A DNA stretch of 64,000 nucleotides from an uncultured cyanobacterium (GCA_963749915.1 CAVVOP010000005.1:352001-416000), one strand, 5' to 3'. Positions 1 to 11,064 are shown, counted from the first letter of the stretch. Program-made: numbers and translations. The notes: generated by a model not told the origin, from the sequence alone.

Positions 1-1
1 G

Positions 2-820
2 TTGCATTTGGATATACAAGCCGAACCCCAAGTGAGACAGTTAGCAGAGGCGGCGAAAAAGCGAGCACGATGGCGCAAAGATAACGGATCTGTTATGATT
101 TCTATGCCAGAGGCTGTTATTAAAGTGAAGGACAATGAAGAAGTAACCATCGAATTATTAGAGCCTTCTTTTTCCCGTTCCTTAGTGGCAGAGATGATGA
201 TATTAGCCGGTGAAATAGCAGGACGCTATTGTCAAGAACATAATATTCCCGTGGCTTTTCGCAGTCAACCGCAACCTGAATTACCGCCAGAAGAAGAATT
301 AATACTTTTACCAGCCGGACCTGTAAGATCTTGTGCTTTACGTCGCTGCATGCCTAAAAGTGAGACAGGTTTATCCGCTGCCCGCCATGCTAGTTTAGGG
401 TTGGAAACTTATACCCAAGTAACCTCGCCTATTCGCCGTTATACGGACTTATTGGCTCATTTTCAAATTAAAGCCCATTTGAGAGGGGATGAATTGCCCT
501 TCCACCGGAATAAAATGCAAGAAATTATTTTCGAGGTAATGAGTACTTCTTCCGAGGCAGTATTGGTGGAAAGACAAACAAACCGTTATTGGAGTTTACA
601 ATATTTACAGAAACATAGTAATGAAATTTGGCACGGTTTAGTTTTGCGTTGGTTACGGGAAGATGATAATTTGGCCTTGATTTTATTAGAAGACTTGGGG
701 TTAGAATTTGTCCACCGTTTCGATCGTATTCCAAAAATAGGGGATCAGATACAATTACAAGTGTCATTTTGTGACCCTCAAAGGGATGAAATTCGTTTCA
801 AGGAAGCCATGGGTAATTAG
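2..820 (+). CDS. RNase II/RNase R family exoribonuclease (5'-truncated by window edge)
   Basis: RNB motifs LVAEMMILAG, HASLGL, YTQVTSPIRRYTDL. Confidence 0.9.
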   Translation: MHLDIQAEPQVRQLAEAAKKRARWRKDNGSVMISMPEAVIKVKDNEEVTIELLEPSFSRSLVAEMMILAGEIAGRYCQEHNIPVAFRSQPQPELPPEEELILLPAGPVRSCALRRCMPKSETGLSAARHASLGLETYTQVTSPIRRYTDLLAHFQIKAHLRGDELPFHRNKMQEIIFEVMSTSSEAVLVERQTNRYWSLQYLQKHSNEIWHGLVLRWLREDDNLALILLEDLGLEFVHRFDRIPKIGDQIQLQVSFCDPQRDEIRFKEAMGN

Positions 821-1003
821 GGATTGCTGAAACTGAGATCATGCCCATATTTCAGTTAAAAAGTTTCTTTAATGTTCAGATTCGGTAAACCACATCTTGA
901 TATAGTCGGATTTTCTATGACATGATGACAGGTAATTGGCCAAATAATCAACAAACTGGCTTTGATATTGTCATTAAATTTTAGAAAATTACAATAACTG
1001 CTT

Positions 1004-2962
1004 ATGAGTACTGTATTAGAAAAGGGTAATATTTCCATTCATACCGAGAATATATTTCCCATTATCAAAAAATCCCTTTATACTGACCATGAAATCTTTC
1101 TAAGAGAATTAATATCTAACTCCGTTGATGCTATTTCTAAGGCAAAAATGGCATCTTTAGCAGGAGAAATTACAAACGACTTACCTGAGCCTGAAATTAC
1201 TATCGCTATTGATAAAGAGAAAAAAACTCTCTCCATTAGCGACAACGGTATTGGCATGACAGTAGAAGAAATTAAGAAATATATTAACCAAGTTGCTTTT
1301 TCCAGTGCTGAAGATTTTATTACTAAATATGGTAAAACCGCCAATGATTTAATTGGGCATTTCGGTTTAGGATTTTATTCCGCTTTTATGGTTGCCAAAC
1401 AAGTAGAGATAGACACCTTATCATATCGTGAAGGGGCAACGGCGATCCACTGGAGTTGTGATGGTTCACCGGCATTTGAATTAACTGACTCTAGTCATAC
1501 AATCCCCGGCACTACCATTACTCTTACCATGATGGATGAGGAGACGGAATATTTAGAAGAATCGAGAATTAAAAATCTGGTTAAGAAATATTCTGATTTT
1601 GTGCCAGTGGCCATCAAAATCGGTGAGGATACCGTTAACCGTCAAAAAGCTTTGTGGAAGGAATCACCACAAAATCTCACTGATGAGGATTATTTAGAAT
1701 TTTACCGTTATCTTTATCCTTTTCAAGAAGATCCCTTATTATGGGTGCATTTAAGTACAGATTACCCATTCTTACTCAATGGCATCCTCTACTTCCCCAA
1801 ATTAAGACCCGATGTTGATGTTACTAAAGGGCAAATTAAGCTATTCTGTAACCAGGTATTTGTGAGTGATCATTGTGAAGAAATTATCCCCGAATTTTTG
1901 ATGCCTTTACGGGGTGTAATTGATAGCCCTGACATTCCTTTGAACGTTTCTCGTAGTGCCTTAACTAATCACCGTACAGTCAGACGCATTGCTGATTTTA
2001 TCAGCAAAAAAATTGGCGATCGCCTTAAATCCTTATACAATGATAACAAGGCAAAATATATCAGCAGTTGGGAAGATGTTGGTACTTTCGTTAAATATGG
2101 TGCGTTGAGAGACGAGAAATTTAAAAAACAAGTAGAAGATTTAATCATCTATCGCACTACCTATCAGGCCGGTCAAACCGAGGAAAAACCCAAAGTTGAG
2201 GTAGAGTCGGGAGATGACGCTTGGGCGGATATTACCCCTGACAATAATTTACCTTACACCACTTTAAATGAATATTTAGACAGAAATAAAGAGAAGCACG
2301 AAAAACGAGTATTCTATTGCAATAATGCCCAAACTCAAAGCACTTACGTCGATTTATACAAGAATCAGGGCATTGAAGTGTTGTTCATGGATTCTTTTAT
2401 CGACACTAACTATTTTATCCCCTTTTTAGAGCGGGAATACACTGACGTGAAATTCTCAAGGGTTGACTCGGAGTTAGATTCTAGCTTGGTGGAAGATGAC
2501 AAAGCCAGTGAAATCGTCGATCCTAATAGTAACAAAACCCGTGCTGAAGAAATTAAGGAAATTTTTGAGAAAGCCATTAACAAGCCAAAAGTTAACGTCA
2601 AAACTCAGTCCTTGAAGGGGGAAAGCCAAGAAGAAACTCCTCCAGCAATGGTATTGTTACCAGAAGCGATGCGTCGCTTCCAAGAGATGACAGCGATGAT
2701 GCAACAACGGGAGATCAAGTTTCCTGAAGAACATATGTTAGTAATCAACACTGCTCATCCTTTAATTGAAAATATATATCAACTTAATAAGGGTGCGATA
2801 ATTCAAGGTAGTGGAGAATCTCCTACTAAGGAAATGGTTAACCTCATGTGTCAATATGTCTATGACTTAGCTTTAATGGCCCAACGGGCATTTGATGCCG
2901 AAGGGATGACGGCTTTTGTGGAGCGATCGAATAAAGTATTAACAAAGCTAACTAAGCGCTAA
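1004..2962 (+). CDS. htpG: Hsp90 chaperone HtpG
   Basis: IFLRELISNSVDA, DNGIGMT, IGHFGLGFYSAF, GVIDSPDIPLNVSRS. Confidence 0.97.
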   Translation: MSTVLEKGNISIHTENIFPIIKKSLYTDHEIFLRELISNSVDAISKAKMASLAGEITNDLPEPEITIAIDKEKKTLSISDNGIGMTVEEIKKYINQVAFSSAEDFITKYGKTANDLIGHFGLGFYSAFMVAKQVEIDTLSYREGATAIHWSCDGSPAFELTDSSHTIPGTTITLTMMDEETEYLEESRIKNLVKKYSDFVPVAIKIGEDTVNRQKALWKESPQNLTDEDYLEFYRYLYPFQEDPLLWVHLSTDYPFLLNGILYFPKLRPDVDVTKGQIKLFCNQVFVSDHCEEIIPEFLMPLRGVIDSPDIPLNVSRSALTNHRTVRRIADFISKKIGDRLKSLYNDNKAKYISSWEDVGTFVKYGALRDEKFKKQVEDLIIYRTTYQAGQTEEKPKVEVESGDDAWADITPDNNLPYTTLNEYLDRNKEKHEKRVFYCNNAQTQSTYVDLYKNQGIEVLFMDSFIDTNYFIPFLEREYTDVKFSRVDSELDSSLVEDDKASEIVDPNSNKTRAEEIKEIFEKAINKPKVNVKTQSLKGESQEETPPAMVLLPEAMRRFQEMTAMMQQREIKFPEEHMLVINTAHPLIENIYQLNKGAIIQGSGESPTKEMVNLMCQYVYDLALMAQRAFDAEGMTAFVERSNKVLTKLTKR

Positions 2963-2970
2963 ACTAACGA

Positions 2971-2999
2971 TGGGGTGGGTAATGCTCACCTTTTTTTAT
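2971..2999 (+). terminator. Probable intrinsic terminator after htpG
   Basis: GGTGGGTAATGCTCACC hairpin followed by a T tract. Confidence 0.6.
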
Positions 3000-3014
3000 T
3001 GGACATCGACCACA

Positions 3015-3212
3015 TTATTATCTGGTTCTTTTCGCCCCGATGACCAAGTTTGTGTCCTCCGTAGTTACCTCAGACAAAGAGAGACATTATTAGAGAAGCT
3101 GGGACTCACGTGAGCGCGGATGCAAAAGGCCTTAATTCAGATGAAGCTACAGCTACACAAAGTAGTTAGTGACATCACTGGCGTAACCGGAATGACGATC
3201 ATCAGGGCGATG
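3015..3212 (+). pseudogene. IS110-family transposase/recombinase internal fragment (frameshifted)
   Basis: Manual translation across frameshifts: LLSGSFRPDDQVCVLRSYLRQRETL / MQKALIQMKLQLHKVVSDITGVTGMTIIRAM. Confidence 0.75.
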
Positions 3213-3321
3213 TGCGTAGAGGAGGGGGATGGTCATTATAATACATCGTTATAATAATCCTTCACCATAATCAAGGTATAATTAATGATTTGATGAGTAA
3301 AAAAATAAATTGTAAATTATA

Positions 3322-4590
3322 ATGATTCACGATATTTTTATGCCAGCCCTTAGTTCAACAATGACAGAAGGGAAGATCGTTTCATGGGAAAAAGCACCGG
3401 GGGACAAAGTTGAGAAAGGAGAAACCGTTGTTGTCGTGGAGTCAGACAAAGCGGATATGGATGTTGAATCCTTTTATTCTGGTTATTTAGCCACTATTTT
3501 AGTTCCTGCGGGAGAAGAAGCACCAGTAGGACAAGCGATCGCTTACATTGCGGAAACAGAGGCAGAAATTGAAGAAGCTAGACAAAAAGCTAGTCAGGGC
3601 CAAAAAGCTACCTCGACAGCTCAAAAAGAAGTCAAAGTAGAACCGGAACCTCAATCCGTTGCTGATGCCACTGTCAGCACCACTGCTAAAACTAATGGTA
3701 GAATTATCGTCTCTCCTAGGGCGAAAAAACTAGCTAAAGAATTAAAAGTTGATTTAAGTAATCTTATCGGTACAGGTCCCAATGGACGTATTATCGCCGA
3801 AGATGTGGAGAAAATAGCTGGAAAAACTCCTCAAGCACCTAAAGTTACGACCGTTACCACTACTGTAACTCCTGCCTCCAGTATTACCCCCACACCCATT
3901 CCTGTTAATAATTTAGCAGGGCAAACTGTACCCTTTAACACTTTACAACAGGCGGTCATTCGCAATATGATGGCTAGTTTACAAGTGCCAACTTTCCAAG
4001 TTAGTTATACCATCAACACCGATAAGTTAGATAGTCTTTACCGGCAAATTAAATCTAAAGGGGTGACGATGACTGCCTTGTTAGCGAAAGCCGTATCGAT
4101 GACTTTACAAAAATACCCCATCGTCAATGCTAGTTTCACCGAGGGAGGTATTAAGTATAATGAAAGTATTAATATCGCCGTTGCCGTTGCTATGCCCGAT
4201 GGTGGTTTAATCACCCCCGTCATCAAAAACGCTGATCAAATTGATATTTATTCTTTGGCACGTAATTGGCAAGATTTGGTTAATCGCTCTCGTGCAAAAC
4301 AATTACAACCCGATGAATATACCACGGGTACTTTTACTTTATCTAATTTAGGAATGTTTGGTGTCAGTGACTTTACTGCGATCTTACCCCCCGGATTAGG
4401 TTCGATTTTGGCTATTGGCGGTGTTCGTCCTACGGTTGTGGCGAATGAAGAAGGTTTATTTGGGGTCAAAAATCAAATGACGGTTAATATCACCTGCGAT
4501 CATCGGATTATTTACGGTGCAGATGCTGCTGGATTTTTACAAGACTTAGCAAAATTAATCGAAACCGATGCTCAATCTCTAACCCTGTAA
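3322..4590 (+). CDS. pdhC: Pyruvate dehydrogenase E2, dihydrolipoamide acetyltransferase
   Basis: Lipoyl ESDKADM, E3-binding SPRAKKLA/GTGPNGRI, catalytic DHRIIYG. Confidence 0.96.
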   Translation: MIHDIFMPALSSTMTEGKIVSWEKAPGDKVEKGETVVVVESDKADMDVESFYSGYLATILVPAGEEAPVGQAIAYIAETEAEIEEARQKASQGQKATSTAQKEVKVEPEPQSVADATVSTTAKTNGRIIVSPRAKKLAKELKVDLSNLIGTGPNGRIIAEDVEKIAGKTPQAPKVTTVTTTVTPASSITPTPIPVNNLAGQTVPFNTLQQAVIRNMMASLQVPTFQVSYTINTDKLDSLYRQIKSKGVTMTALLAKAVSMTLQKYPIVNASFTEGGIKYNESINIAVAVAMPDGGLITPVIKNADQIDIYSLARNWQDLVNRSRAKQLQPDEYTTGTFTLSNLGMFGVSDFTAILPPGLGSILAIGGVRPTVVANEEGLFGVKNQMTVNITCDHRIIYGADAAGFLQDLAKLIETDAQSLTL

Positions 4591-4611
4591 ATTTCAACTA
4601 TTTTGACGACA

Positions 4612-4640
4612 AAAAAGACACAGACTTTTTTTCTGTGTCG
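4612..4640. terminator. Probable bidirectional terminator between convergent genes
   Basis: GACACAGA...TCTGTGTC inverted repeat with A tract. Confidence 0.5.
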
Positions 4641-4664
4641 TAACTTTGATTCGAGAAAAAATCT

Positions 4665-4847
4665 TTAATAAGCTAAAGCTTCAAGGGTTGAACGTAAATA
4701 TTGCTTAACTTGATCTTCAACATTGCCTTCTAGTTTATTCTCTTTCTGCCAACGCTTGAAACCAGAGCTTTTGGCGATCGCCTGTTTGAGACTGTTCCAG
4801 ATTTCTTGATCTTGTCCTAGATTACTCGAAATAGTTGATATAGCCAT
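4665..4847 (-). CDS. Small conserved cyanobacterial hypothetical protein
   Basis: W..LKQAIAKSSGFKRW...YLRSTLEALAY pattern. Confidence 0.75.
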   Translation of the reverse strand: MAISTISSNLGQDQEIWNSLKQAIAKSSGFKRWQKENKLEGNVEDQVKQYLRSTLEALAY

Positions 4848-4951
4848 AAATATTTCCGTTTTGGTGAGAGTGAATTAGTTGCTGATATTAACTTAAGATA
4901 ACCCAATTCTAAACCATACTATTGTAACTAAGATAACAGAACATGGCTTCC

Positions 4952-5473
4952 TTAAGAATTGCTAAGAGTATCCATCTTTGCAAAATTGTCCTCAAAAATA
5001 GTAACGGTAGCTTCGTTGTCGTCTTTTTGAATTAAAGAGCGTCGAATTTGACCAAGATATAAAGGATAAGTAACTTTCTCATCATGTATTTGAGTTCTAG
5101 CTCTAATGGTAAGTTTACTATCCCCATTAGAAGAAGTTCTGCCATAGGAGAATAAATCGATGGCCGCCTGTTGTAAAGTCGCCTCTAACTCTGAAGGAGT
5201 AATGGTGGCCGGTACTGCTATTACCGCTTGGTTTGTTCCCGTATCATAAACTAAATTGAATCTTACCGCATTAGGTATTTGTGCTCGACTAAATAAGCCT
5301 AAACTCAGAGCGAATAAACCCACTGTCAACAAGCCCATAAATCCCGTTGCACCCACTAAACGAAAACGAAAACCCCATTTAAAGATAAAACCGAGAATCG
5401 CCAAAACAAAAAAGGCGATCGTTGTATAGATTGACCATAAAGTATAATGACCAAAATCTAAGGATAATTCCAT
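4952..5473 (-). CDS. ycf51: Ycf51 (DUF2518) family membrane protein
   Basis: WGFRFRLVGATGF, LEATLQQAAIDLFSYGR. Confidence 0.85.
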   Translation of the reverse strand: MELSLDFGHYTLWSIYTTIAFFVLAILGFIFKWGFRFRLVGATGFMGLLTVGLFALSLGLFSRAQIPNAVRFNLVYDTGTNQAVIAVPATITPSELEATLQQAAIDLFSYGRTSSNGDSKLTIRARTQIHDEKVTYPLYLGQIRRSLIQKDDNEATVTIFEDNFAKMDTLSNS

Positions 5474-5794
5474 TTTTTCTACAATTTAACGTTAGCTTCC
5501 CAATTTTACAACAAACTTTACATAGAGCATCGTTTGCTTTAGGTATAGGATGTCTGGCGACAATCAACCCTTAGCAGAGTCTTGTTAAGAGTGAATAATC
5601 AATAGTTAATCTTGATTTAACCTAAAAAAAACTTAATAATTTTTTAATAATTACCTATAATCGTCATCAAAAAAAGATTAAAAAGAAAATTCAATTTAAT
5701 TGGTAATAATCTTTACAACTAATTGGGATCAAGGAATGTTAGCTTATACGGTATAAAGATAAATTCAATTTTAAAAAACTCATTATTAATTATC

Positions 5795-6145
5795 ATGGCT
5801 CAAATACTAGATGCAATTTCTCACAATGAAAATGATGCTATTTTGTGTTGTTATGTTAATGCCACAAGTCAAATTCAAATAGCTAGGATCACAAATATAA
5901 CTAATTGGTACTTTGAGAGGGTGGTATTCCCAGGACAAAGGTTAGTATTTGAGACATTCCCCGAAGCTTTGTTGGAAATTCACTCAGGAATGATGGCCAG
6001 TGCCATTTTATCAGATACCATTCCCTGTAAGCGTTTATGTGTTCATGAAGAAAAAAGCACCGATAAAAATGAAGAGGAGGATTCCAGAATGGGGACGAAC
6101 AAAGAATATAAGGACTCTTCAGATTTAGAAGCTGTTATCGCTTAA
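5795..6145 (+). CDS. DUF1830 family protein
   Basis: ILCCYVNATSQIQIARI, WYFERVVFPGQRLVFE; ATG 5795 preferred to the upstream TTG. Confidence 0.85.
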   Translation: MAQILDAISHNENDAILCCYVNATSQIQIARITNITNWYFERVVFPGQRLVFETFPEALLEIHSGMMASAILSDTIPCKRLCVHEEKSTDKNEEEDSRMGTNKEYKDSSDLEAVIA

Positions 6146-6257
6146 TATTAGCTTCTTCTTTAATTGTTGTGATCATGGATTATAGTTGGTAGATTTTGTA
6201 CCTAGACAATATTGAATTATCCTTTCATAATCTTTTCATTTTTGCTATAATAATTCT

Positions 6258-7037
6258 ATGTCCATCACTAGGGTTAATAGATTTATGGGTGATTCTAATT
6301 GTCTAAGAGTTGAAAATTTGACCGTCAATTATCGTGAAGTTGAGGCTTTGAGAAATGTAACTTTTCAAGTTGTACAAAAAAAAGTCACGGGAATTATTGG
6401 TCCCAATGGTGCAGGGAAAAGTACGATGATGAAAGCTATGTTAGGCTTGATCTCTTGTCAGTTTGGCTCAATTTTCTTTGATAATCAACCTTTAATTAAA
6501 CAAAGACAAAGAATTGCTTATGTACCACAGCGATCGCAAATTGATTGGACTTATCCTGCTACGGTGTGGGATGTAGTAATGATGGGTAGAGTAAAAAAAA
6601 CCGGATGGTTAAAGCCTTTTTCGATGATGAGTCGTGTTATGGCTAAAAATGCTCTACAAAAAGTGGGAATGTATGATTTTTGCCATCGCCCTATCGGACA
6701 ATTATCGGGAGGACAACAACAAAGAGTATTTTTGGCTCGATCTTTAGCACAATCCGCCGATATATTCTTTTTTGATGAGCCTTTTGCCGGAGTGGATCAA
6801 AAAACAGAGACGGTCATTTTCAATATTTTTCGAGAATTAGCTGATGAAGGTAAAATTGTGTTAGTAGTCAATCATGATTTAGGAGAGTCTATTAATAACT
6901 TTGATGATTTGATTTTACTCAACAAACATTTGATTGCGGCTGGGAGTAAACAAGAGGTTTTACAGGAAGAAAATTTATATAATGCCTACGGTGGAAAAGT
7001 CTCTTTTTTCTCTCATAATGCCAGATTATTTGCCTAA
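6258..7037 (+). CDS. Mn/Zn ABC transporter ATP-binding subunit (MntA-like)
   Basis: GPNGAGKST, YVPQR, LSGGQQQRVFLAR, DEPFAGVD. Confidence 0.9.
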   Translation: MSITRVNRFMGDSNCLRVENLTVNYREVEALRNVTFQVVQKKVTGIIGPNGAGKSTMMKAMLGLISCQFGSIFFDNQPLIKQRQRIAYVPQRSQIDWTYPATVWDVVMMGRVKKTGWLKPFSMMSRVMAKNALQKVGMYDFCHRPIGQLSGGQQQRVFLARSLAQSADIFFFDEPFAGVDQKTETVIFNIFRELADEGKIVLVVNHDLGESINNFDDLILLNKHLIAAGSKQEVLQEENLYNAYGGKVSFFSHNARLFA

Positions 7038-7118
7038 TAAAACATAGTATTTATTTTTACCAATTTTTGTATTTTATATTTTCTTTAGTTATTTCTAGTA
7101 TATGAGTTTTAATAAATA

Positions 7119-7970
7119 ATGCTCAATTTTTTAATTGAACCTTTGCAATATGGTTTTATGCAGAGATCTTTATTAGTAGCTATTGTCGTCGGGGTAATTT
7201 GTGCAGTAGTTGGTAGTTATTTAATGGTGCAAAGACTGGCTTTATTAGGGGATGCGATTAGTCATTCTGTTTTACCAGGATTAGCCATCGCTTTTATATT
7301 AGGAATTAATATTTTTATCGGTGCATTTATCGCTGGACTACTCAGTACTATTTGTATAAATATTATCAGAAATAATTCAAAAATTAAGGAAGATGCCGCT
7401 ATGGGTATAGTTTTTTCGGCATTTTTTGCATTAGGGATTACCTTAATTACCGTGGTTCAAAAAGAGAACAAAATAGACTTAAATCATTTCCTCTTTGGTA
7501 ATATTTTAGGGGTTAGTTTATCAGAAGTAAGAGACACAATTATCATTGCTGTCTTTGTGTTGCTAATTGTCTTCTTATTTTACAAAGAATTGTTATTTTA
7601 TACCTTTGACAAATTAGGGGCAGAATCTGTCGGTTTACCAGTGAATTTACTAGATACCGGGTTAATGATTTTAATTGGTTTAACTATCGTGGCAAGTTTA
7701 AAAGCAGTGGGAGTTATTTTGGTTTTATCCTTATTAATAACCCCTCCTTCTACGGCTTATTTATTGGTAAATAGGTTGAATCAAGTCATGCTAGTAGGTA
7801 TTTTTGTCGGCGTTATTTCTAGCATTAGTGGGATGTATTTAAGTTATTATTTTAATTTACCCTCAGGTCCAGCCATTGTCTTAGTCTCCACTGGCTTATT
7901 TATTCTGAGTTTTTTATTCAGTCCAGGTCAGGGTTTAATTACTGGTTATTTTCGGTTAAAATCTAGTTAA
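7119..7970 (+). CDS. Mn/Zn ABC transporter permease (MntB-like)
   Basis: ALLGDAISHSVLPG, DLNHFLFGNILG, PSGPAIV. Confidence 0.9.
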   Translation: MLNFLIEPLQYGFMQRSLLVAIVVGVICAVVGSYLMVQRLALLGDAISHSVLPGLAIAFILGINIFIGAFIAGLLSTICINIIRNNSKIKEDAAMGIVFSAFFALGITLITVVQKENKIDLNHFLFGNILGVSLSEVRDTIIIAVFVLLIVFLFYKELLFYTFDKLGAESVGLPVNLLDTGLMILIGLTIVASLKAVGVILVLSLLITPPSTAYLLVNRLNQVMLVGIFVGVISSISGMYLSYYFNLPSGPAIVLVSTGLFILSFLFSPGQGLITGYFRLKSS

Positions 7971-8102
7971 TAATTGTAAGACATAATCCTCCTTCAGTAT
8001 TGAGGAAAAGCCATGTTTACCATTTTTTATAGGGCTGGATAAACTTGGATAGAATGTTGGTTGATGCAATTAATCGAATAACTAAATTAGAAGAATACTA
8101 TT

Positions 8103-8294
8103 ATGGAAGAAGATAACACCAAACTAAGGCAGGTGATTGAAAATGCTTTAGCTGATGGCAGATTATCTCGTGCCGAAAGTGACATGATCAAAAAAACCTT
8201 CTATGCTGATAAAAAAGTGACCCCAGAAGAAGCAAGACTTTGGCGAGAGTTACAGCAGAAAGTGACAGAAGGAGAAATTTTACTAGATGGATAG
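8103..8294 (+). CDS. Small hypothetical protein
   Basis: Clean ORF, IENALADGRLSRAE...ADKKVTPEE. Confidence 0.7.
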   Translation: MEEDNTKLRQVIENALADGRLSRAESDMIKKTFYADKKVTPEEARLWRELQQKVTEGEILLDG

Positions 8295-8346
8295 TGACTT
8301 CATGGGATAATAGTTGATCGTTAATCCAGTTATCCTCTTAATCATC

Positions 8347-9450
8347 GTGGCGGAATCATCGAACTTGTTACGCACTCCTCTCTATTCTTTATCTTGTCAA
8401 TCCCGTGCTAAATTTACTGACTTTGAAGGGTGGGAAATGGCCTTACAATATGGTGGTCTAAAAAAAGAGCATCAAGCCGTGAGAGAATCAGTGGGAATGT
8501 TTGATATTTCTCACATGGGTAAGTTTTCGTTACAAGGTAAGAATTTAAGATCGAGTTTAAATTACCTTGTACCATCAGATGTGAGCAATTTAGAAACAGG
8601 CAAAGCCCAGTATTCGGTATTATTAAACCAGAAAGGGGGCATCATTGACGACATTATTTTTTATTATCAAGGGAAAGATGAGCAAAATATCGAATCAGGA
8701 ATATTAATTGTCAATGCCTCAACCATCTCTAAAGATTGGGCTTGGTTAACGGAAAACCTCAAAAATCAAGATATTGAACTGAAAGACAATTCCAGAGATT
8801 TAGCCCTAATCGCCCTACAAGGAAGAAAAGCCCTTGAATATCTTAATCCCCTCGTGACAGAAGACTTAACCATTCTACCCAGCTTTGGGCACATCACCAC
8901 AGCCATTGACAGGGAAAAAGTATTTATTGCCCGTACTGGTTACACTGGAGAGGATGGTTTTGAAATTATGACTACCTCTACCATCGCTCAAAAATTGTGG
9001 AAGCATTTTCTTAATAATAACGTCACCCCTTGCGGCTTAGGGGCTCGTGATACCCTCCGTTTGGAAGCCTCCATGTGCCTCTACGGCCAGGATGTGAATG
9101 AGGAAATAACCCCTTTAGAAGCTGGTTTGGGGTGGGTAGTAAATTTGAATCATGATTTTATCGGAAAAGAGATTTTAACAAGACAAAAACAAGAAAAAGT
9201 CAATAGGCGTTTAGTCGCTATGGAGATGAAAGGTAAATATATCGCCCGTCATGGTTATCCCATTTTAGTCGATAATCAGGTGGTCGGCGAAGTTACCAGT
9301 GGCACTTTATCCCCGACTTTAAATAAGGCGATCGCCCTCGGTTATGTTTCGTATAATTATAGTAAGATAGGACAAAAATTGACAGTGAAAATTAGGGAAA
9401 AATTATATCCTGCAGTAATAGTAAAAAAACCATTTTATCGCCGTTCTTAA
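8347..9450 (+). CDS. gcvT: Glycine cleavage system aminomethyltransferase T
   Basis: MFDISHMG, ARTGYTGEDGFE, GLGARDTLRLEA; start uncertain (8314 TTG or 8347 GTG). Confidence 0.95.
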   Translation: MAESSNLLRTPLYSLSCQSRAKFTDFEGWEMALQYGGLKKEHQAVRESVGMFDISHMGKFSLQGKNLRSSLNYLVPSDVSNLETGKAQYSVLLNQKGGIIDDIIFYYQGKDEQNIESGILIVNASTISKDWAWLTENLKNQDIELKDNSRDLALIALQGRKALEYLNPLVTEDLTILPSFGHITTAIDREKVFIARTGYTGEDGFEIMTTSTIAQKLWKHFLNNNVTPCGLGARDTLRLEASMCLYGQDVNEEITPLEAGLGWVVNLNHDFIGKEILTRQKQEKVNRRLVAMEMKGKYIARHGYPILVDNQVVGEVTSGTLSPTLNKAIALGYVSYNYSKIGQKLTVKIREKLYPAVIVKKPFYRRS

Positions 9451-9717
9451 ATAATGGTAATGGGGAAAATCTTAGTTTAAGAATAAAAAATTGAATTGTC
9501 TGTCAAAATTTAGTTTTTTCTAGTCATGCTATTCAACAAGTGTTTTTTAGACTTATTAGATATCTCCAATAATTATACTGGAAGCCCTATGGCATCGTTG
9601 AAAATAGGGGTTTTAAGTTAAAAAAGGTGCAGAACTAGAAATTATTTGTTATGCCGCTTAATCTATTTTAGAAAATCAATTTCGGAGTTAATTTTAATTA
9701 TAATCAACAGAAAAATT

Positions 9718-10185
9718 ATGGAAAAAATTTGGCAAAAACCAGAAATTATTATTTGGACACAAATTATTTTAAATAGTTATCAACAATTACTACACAGAGA
9801 ATTAATTGACAGAAAGGACGACGAATTAAGCCAATCTAAAAATTTATTTTATAGTGATTTTGTGGTTTTATCTCATAATAATAATCCAGATCCCATTTAC
9901 AATTATGGTAACAAAAAAGCCCTACAATTATGGGAAATGGACTGGAAAAAATTAACAGAAACTCCTTCAAGAAAAAGCGCTGAGCCCTTATTAAGGGAAG
10001 AGAGAGAGGCATTATTAAAAAAAACAAATCTGAAAGGTTATATAACTAATTATGATGGGGTTAGAATTTCTAGCACAGGAAAAAGATATAATATAAAAGA
10101 TGTAATTCTTTGGAATTTAACCGATAATCAAGGTAATTTTTGCGGACAAGCAGCGACATTTTCTCAGTGGGAAAAGTTAGAATAA
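9718..10185 (+). CDS. Stand-alone MEKHLA (PAS-like) domain protein
   Basis: DPIYNYGNKKALQLWE, PSRKSAEP, GVRISSTGKR, GQAATFSQW. Confidence 0.85.
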   Translation: MEKIWQKPEIIIWTQIILNSYQQLLHRELIDRKDDELSQSKNLFYSDFVVLSHNNNPDPIYNYGNKKALQLWEMDWKKLTETPSRKSAEPLLREEREALLKKTNLKGYITNYDGVRISSTGKRYNIKDVILWNLTDNQGNFCGQAATFSQWEKLE

Positions 10186-10193
10186 ATAATTGG

Positions 10194-10242
10194 GAATTCT
10201 GAATTCTAAATTCTAAATTCTAAATTCTAAATTCTAAATTCT
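10194..10242 (+). repeat. Heptamer tandem repeat (AAATTCT)n, cyanobacterial STRR type
   Basis: gaattct gaattct followed by five aaattct units. Confidence 0.9.
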
Positions 10243-10248
10243 CATCGC

Positions 10249-11064
10249 ATGGATAAAAAATATTTTGGTTGGTCATTAACACAAAGAGATCCTGATACGA
10301 TTAGACAATTAATGCCTTTTTGGGAATTTCTTTATAAATATTATTTTCGAGTGGAAACCAGTGGTTGGGAAAATATTCCCGAAGGACAAGTTTTATTAGT
10401 GGGTTCTCATAACGGTGGTTTAGCCGCCCCCGACATGGTGATGATGATGTATGATTGGTTTCGTTATTTCGGGACTAATCGTTTAGCCTATGGTTTAATG
10501 CATCCCATCGCTTGGACTGCTTATCGGGGTTTAACTACTTTAGCCGCTAAAACTGGGGCTATTCGTGCCAACCCCAAAATGGCGATCGCGGCCATCGAGA
10601 AAGGTGCAAATATATTAGTATATCCAGGGGGGGCTGAAGATGTATTTCGTCCTTATACAGAAAGAGATAAAATCAAATTCATGGGTAGAAAAGGCTTTAT
10701 TAAACTGGCGTTGCGTTATTCTTTGCCCATTGTCCCCTTAATTTCTAAAGGTGCTCATGAAAGTATTTTTGTATTCGCAGATTTGTATCAACAAGCAAAA
10801 CAACTTAATAAACAAGGCTTATTCCCTTGGATTTTCGATCTCAATCCGCAAACCTTCCCTTTATATTTTGGTTTACCTTGGGGTTTAGCTTTAGGTCCTT
10901 TACCTAATATACCATTACCTGTTCCCATGACGACTAGAGTCTGTCCTCCTATTTATTTTGAGCGTTATGGAGAAGAAGTTACTAGTGATCGCATCTATGT
11001 ACAAGAATGTTATAATTTAGTGGTTAATACTATGCAAAAAGAATTAAACATTTTATACACTTAA
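10249..11064 (+). CDS. Lysophospholipid/diacylglycerol acyltransferase family (PlsC-like)
   Basis: HNGGLAAPD, VYPGG, FMGRKGFIKLAL. Confidence 0.85.
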   Translation: MDKKYFGWSLTQRDPDTIRQLMPFWEFLYKYYFRVETSGWENIPEGQVLLVGSHNGGLAAPDMVMMMYDWFRYFGTNRLAYGLMHPIAWTAYRGLTTLAAKTGAIRANPKMAIAAIEKGANILVYPGGAEDVFRPYTERDKIKFMGRKGFIKLALRYSLPIVPLISKGAHESIFVFADLYQQAKQLNKQGLFPWIFDLNPQTFPLYFGLPWGLALGPLPNIPLPVPMTTRVCPPIYFERYGEEVTSDRIYVQECYNLVVNTMQKELNILYT

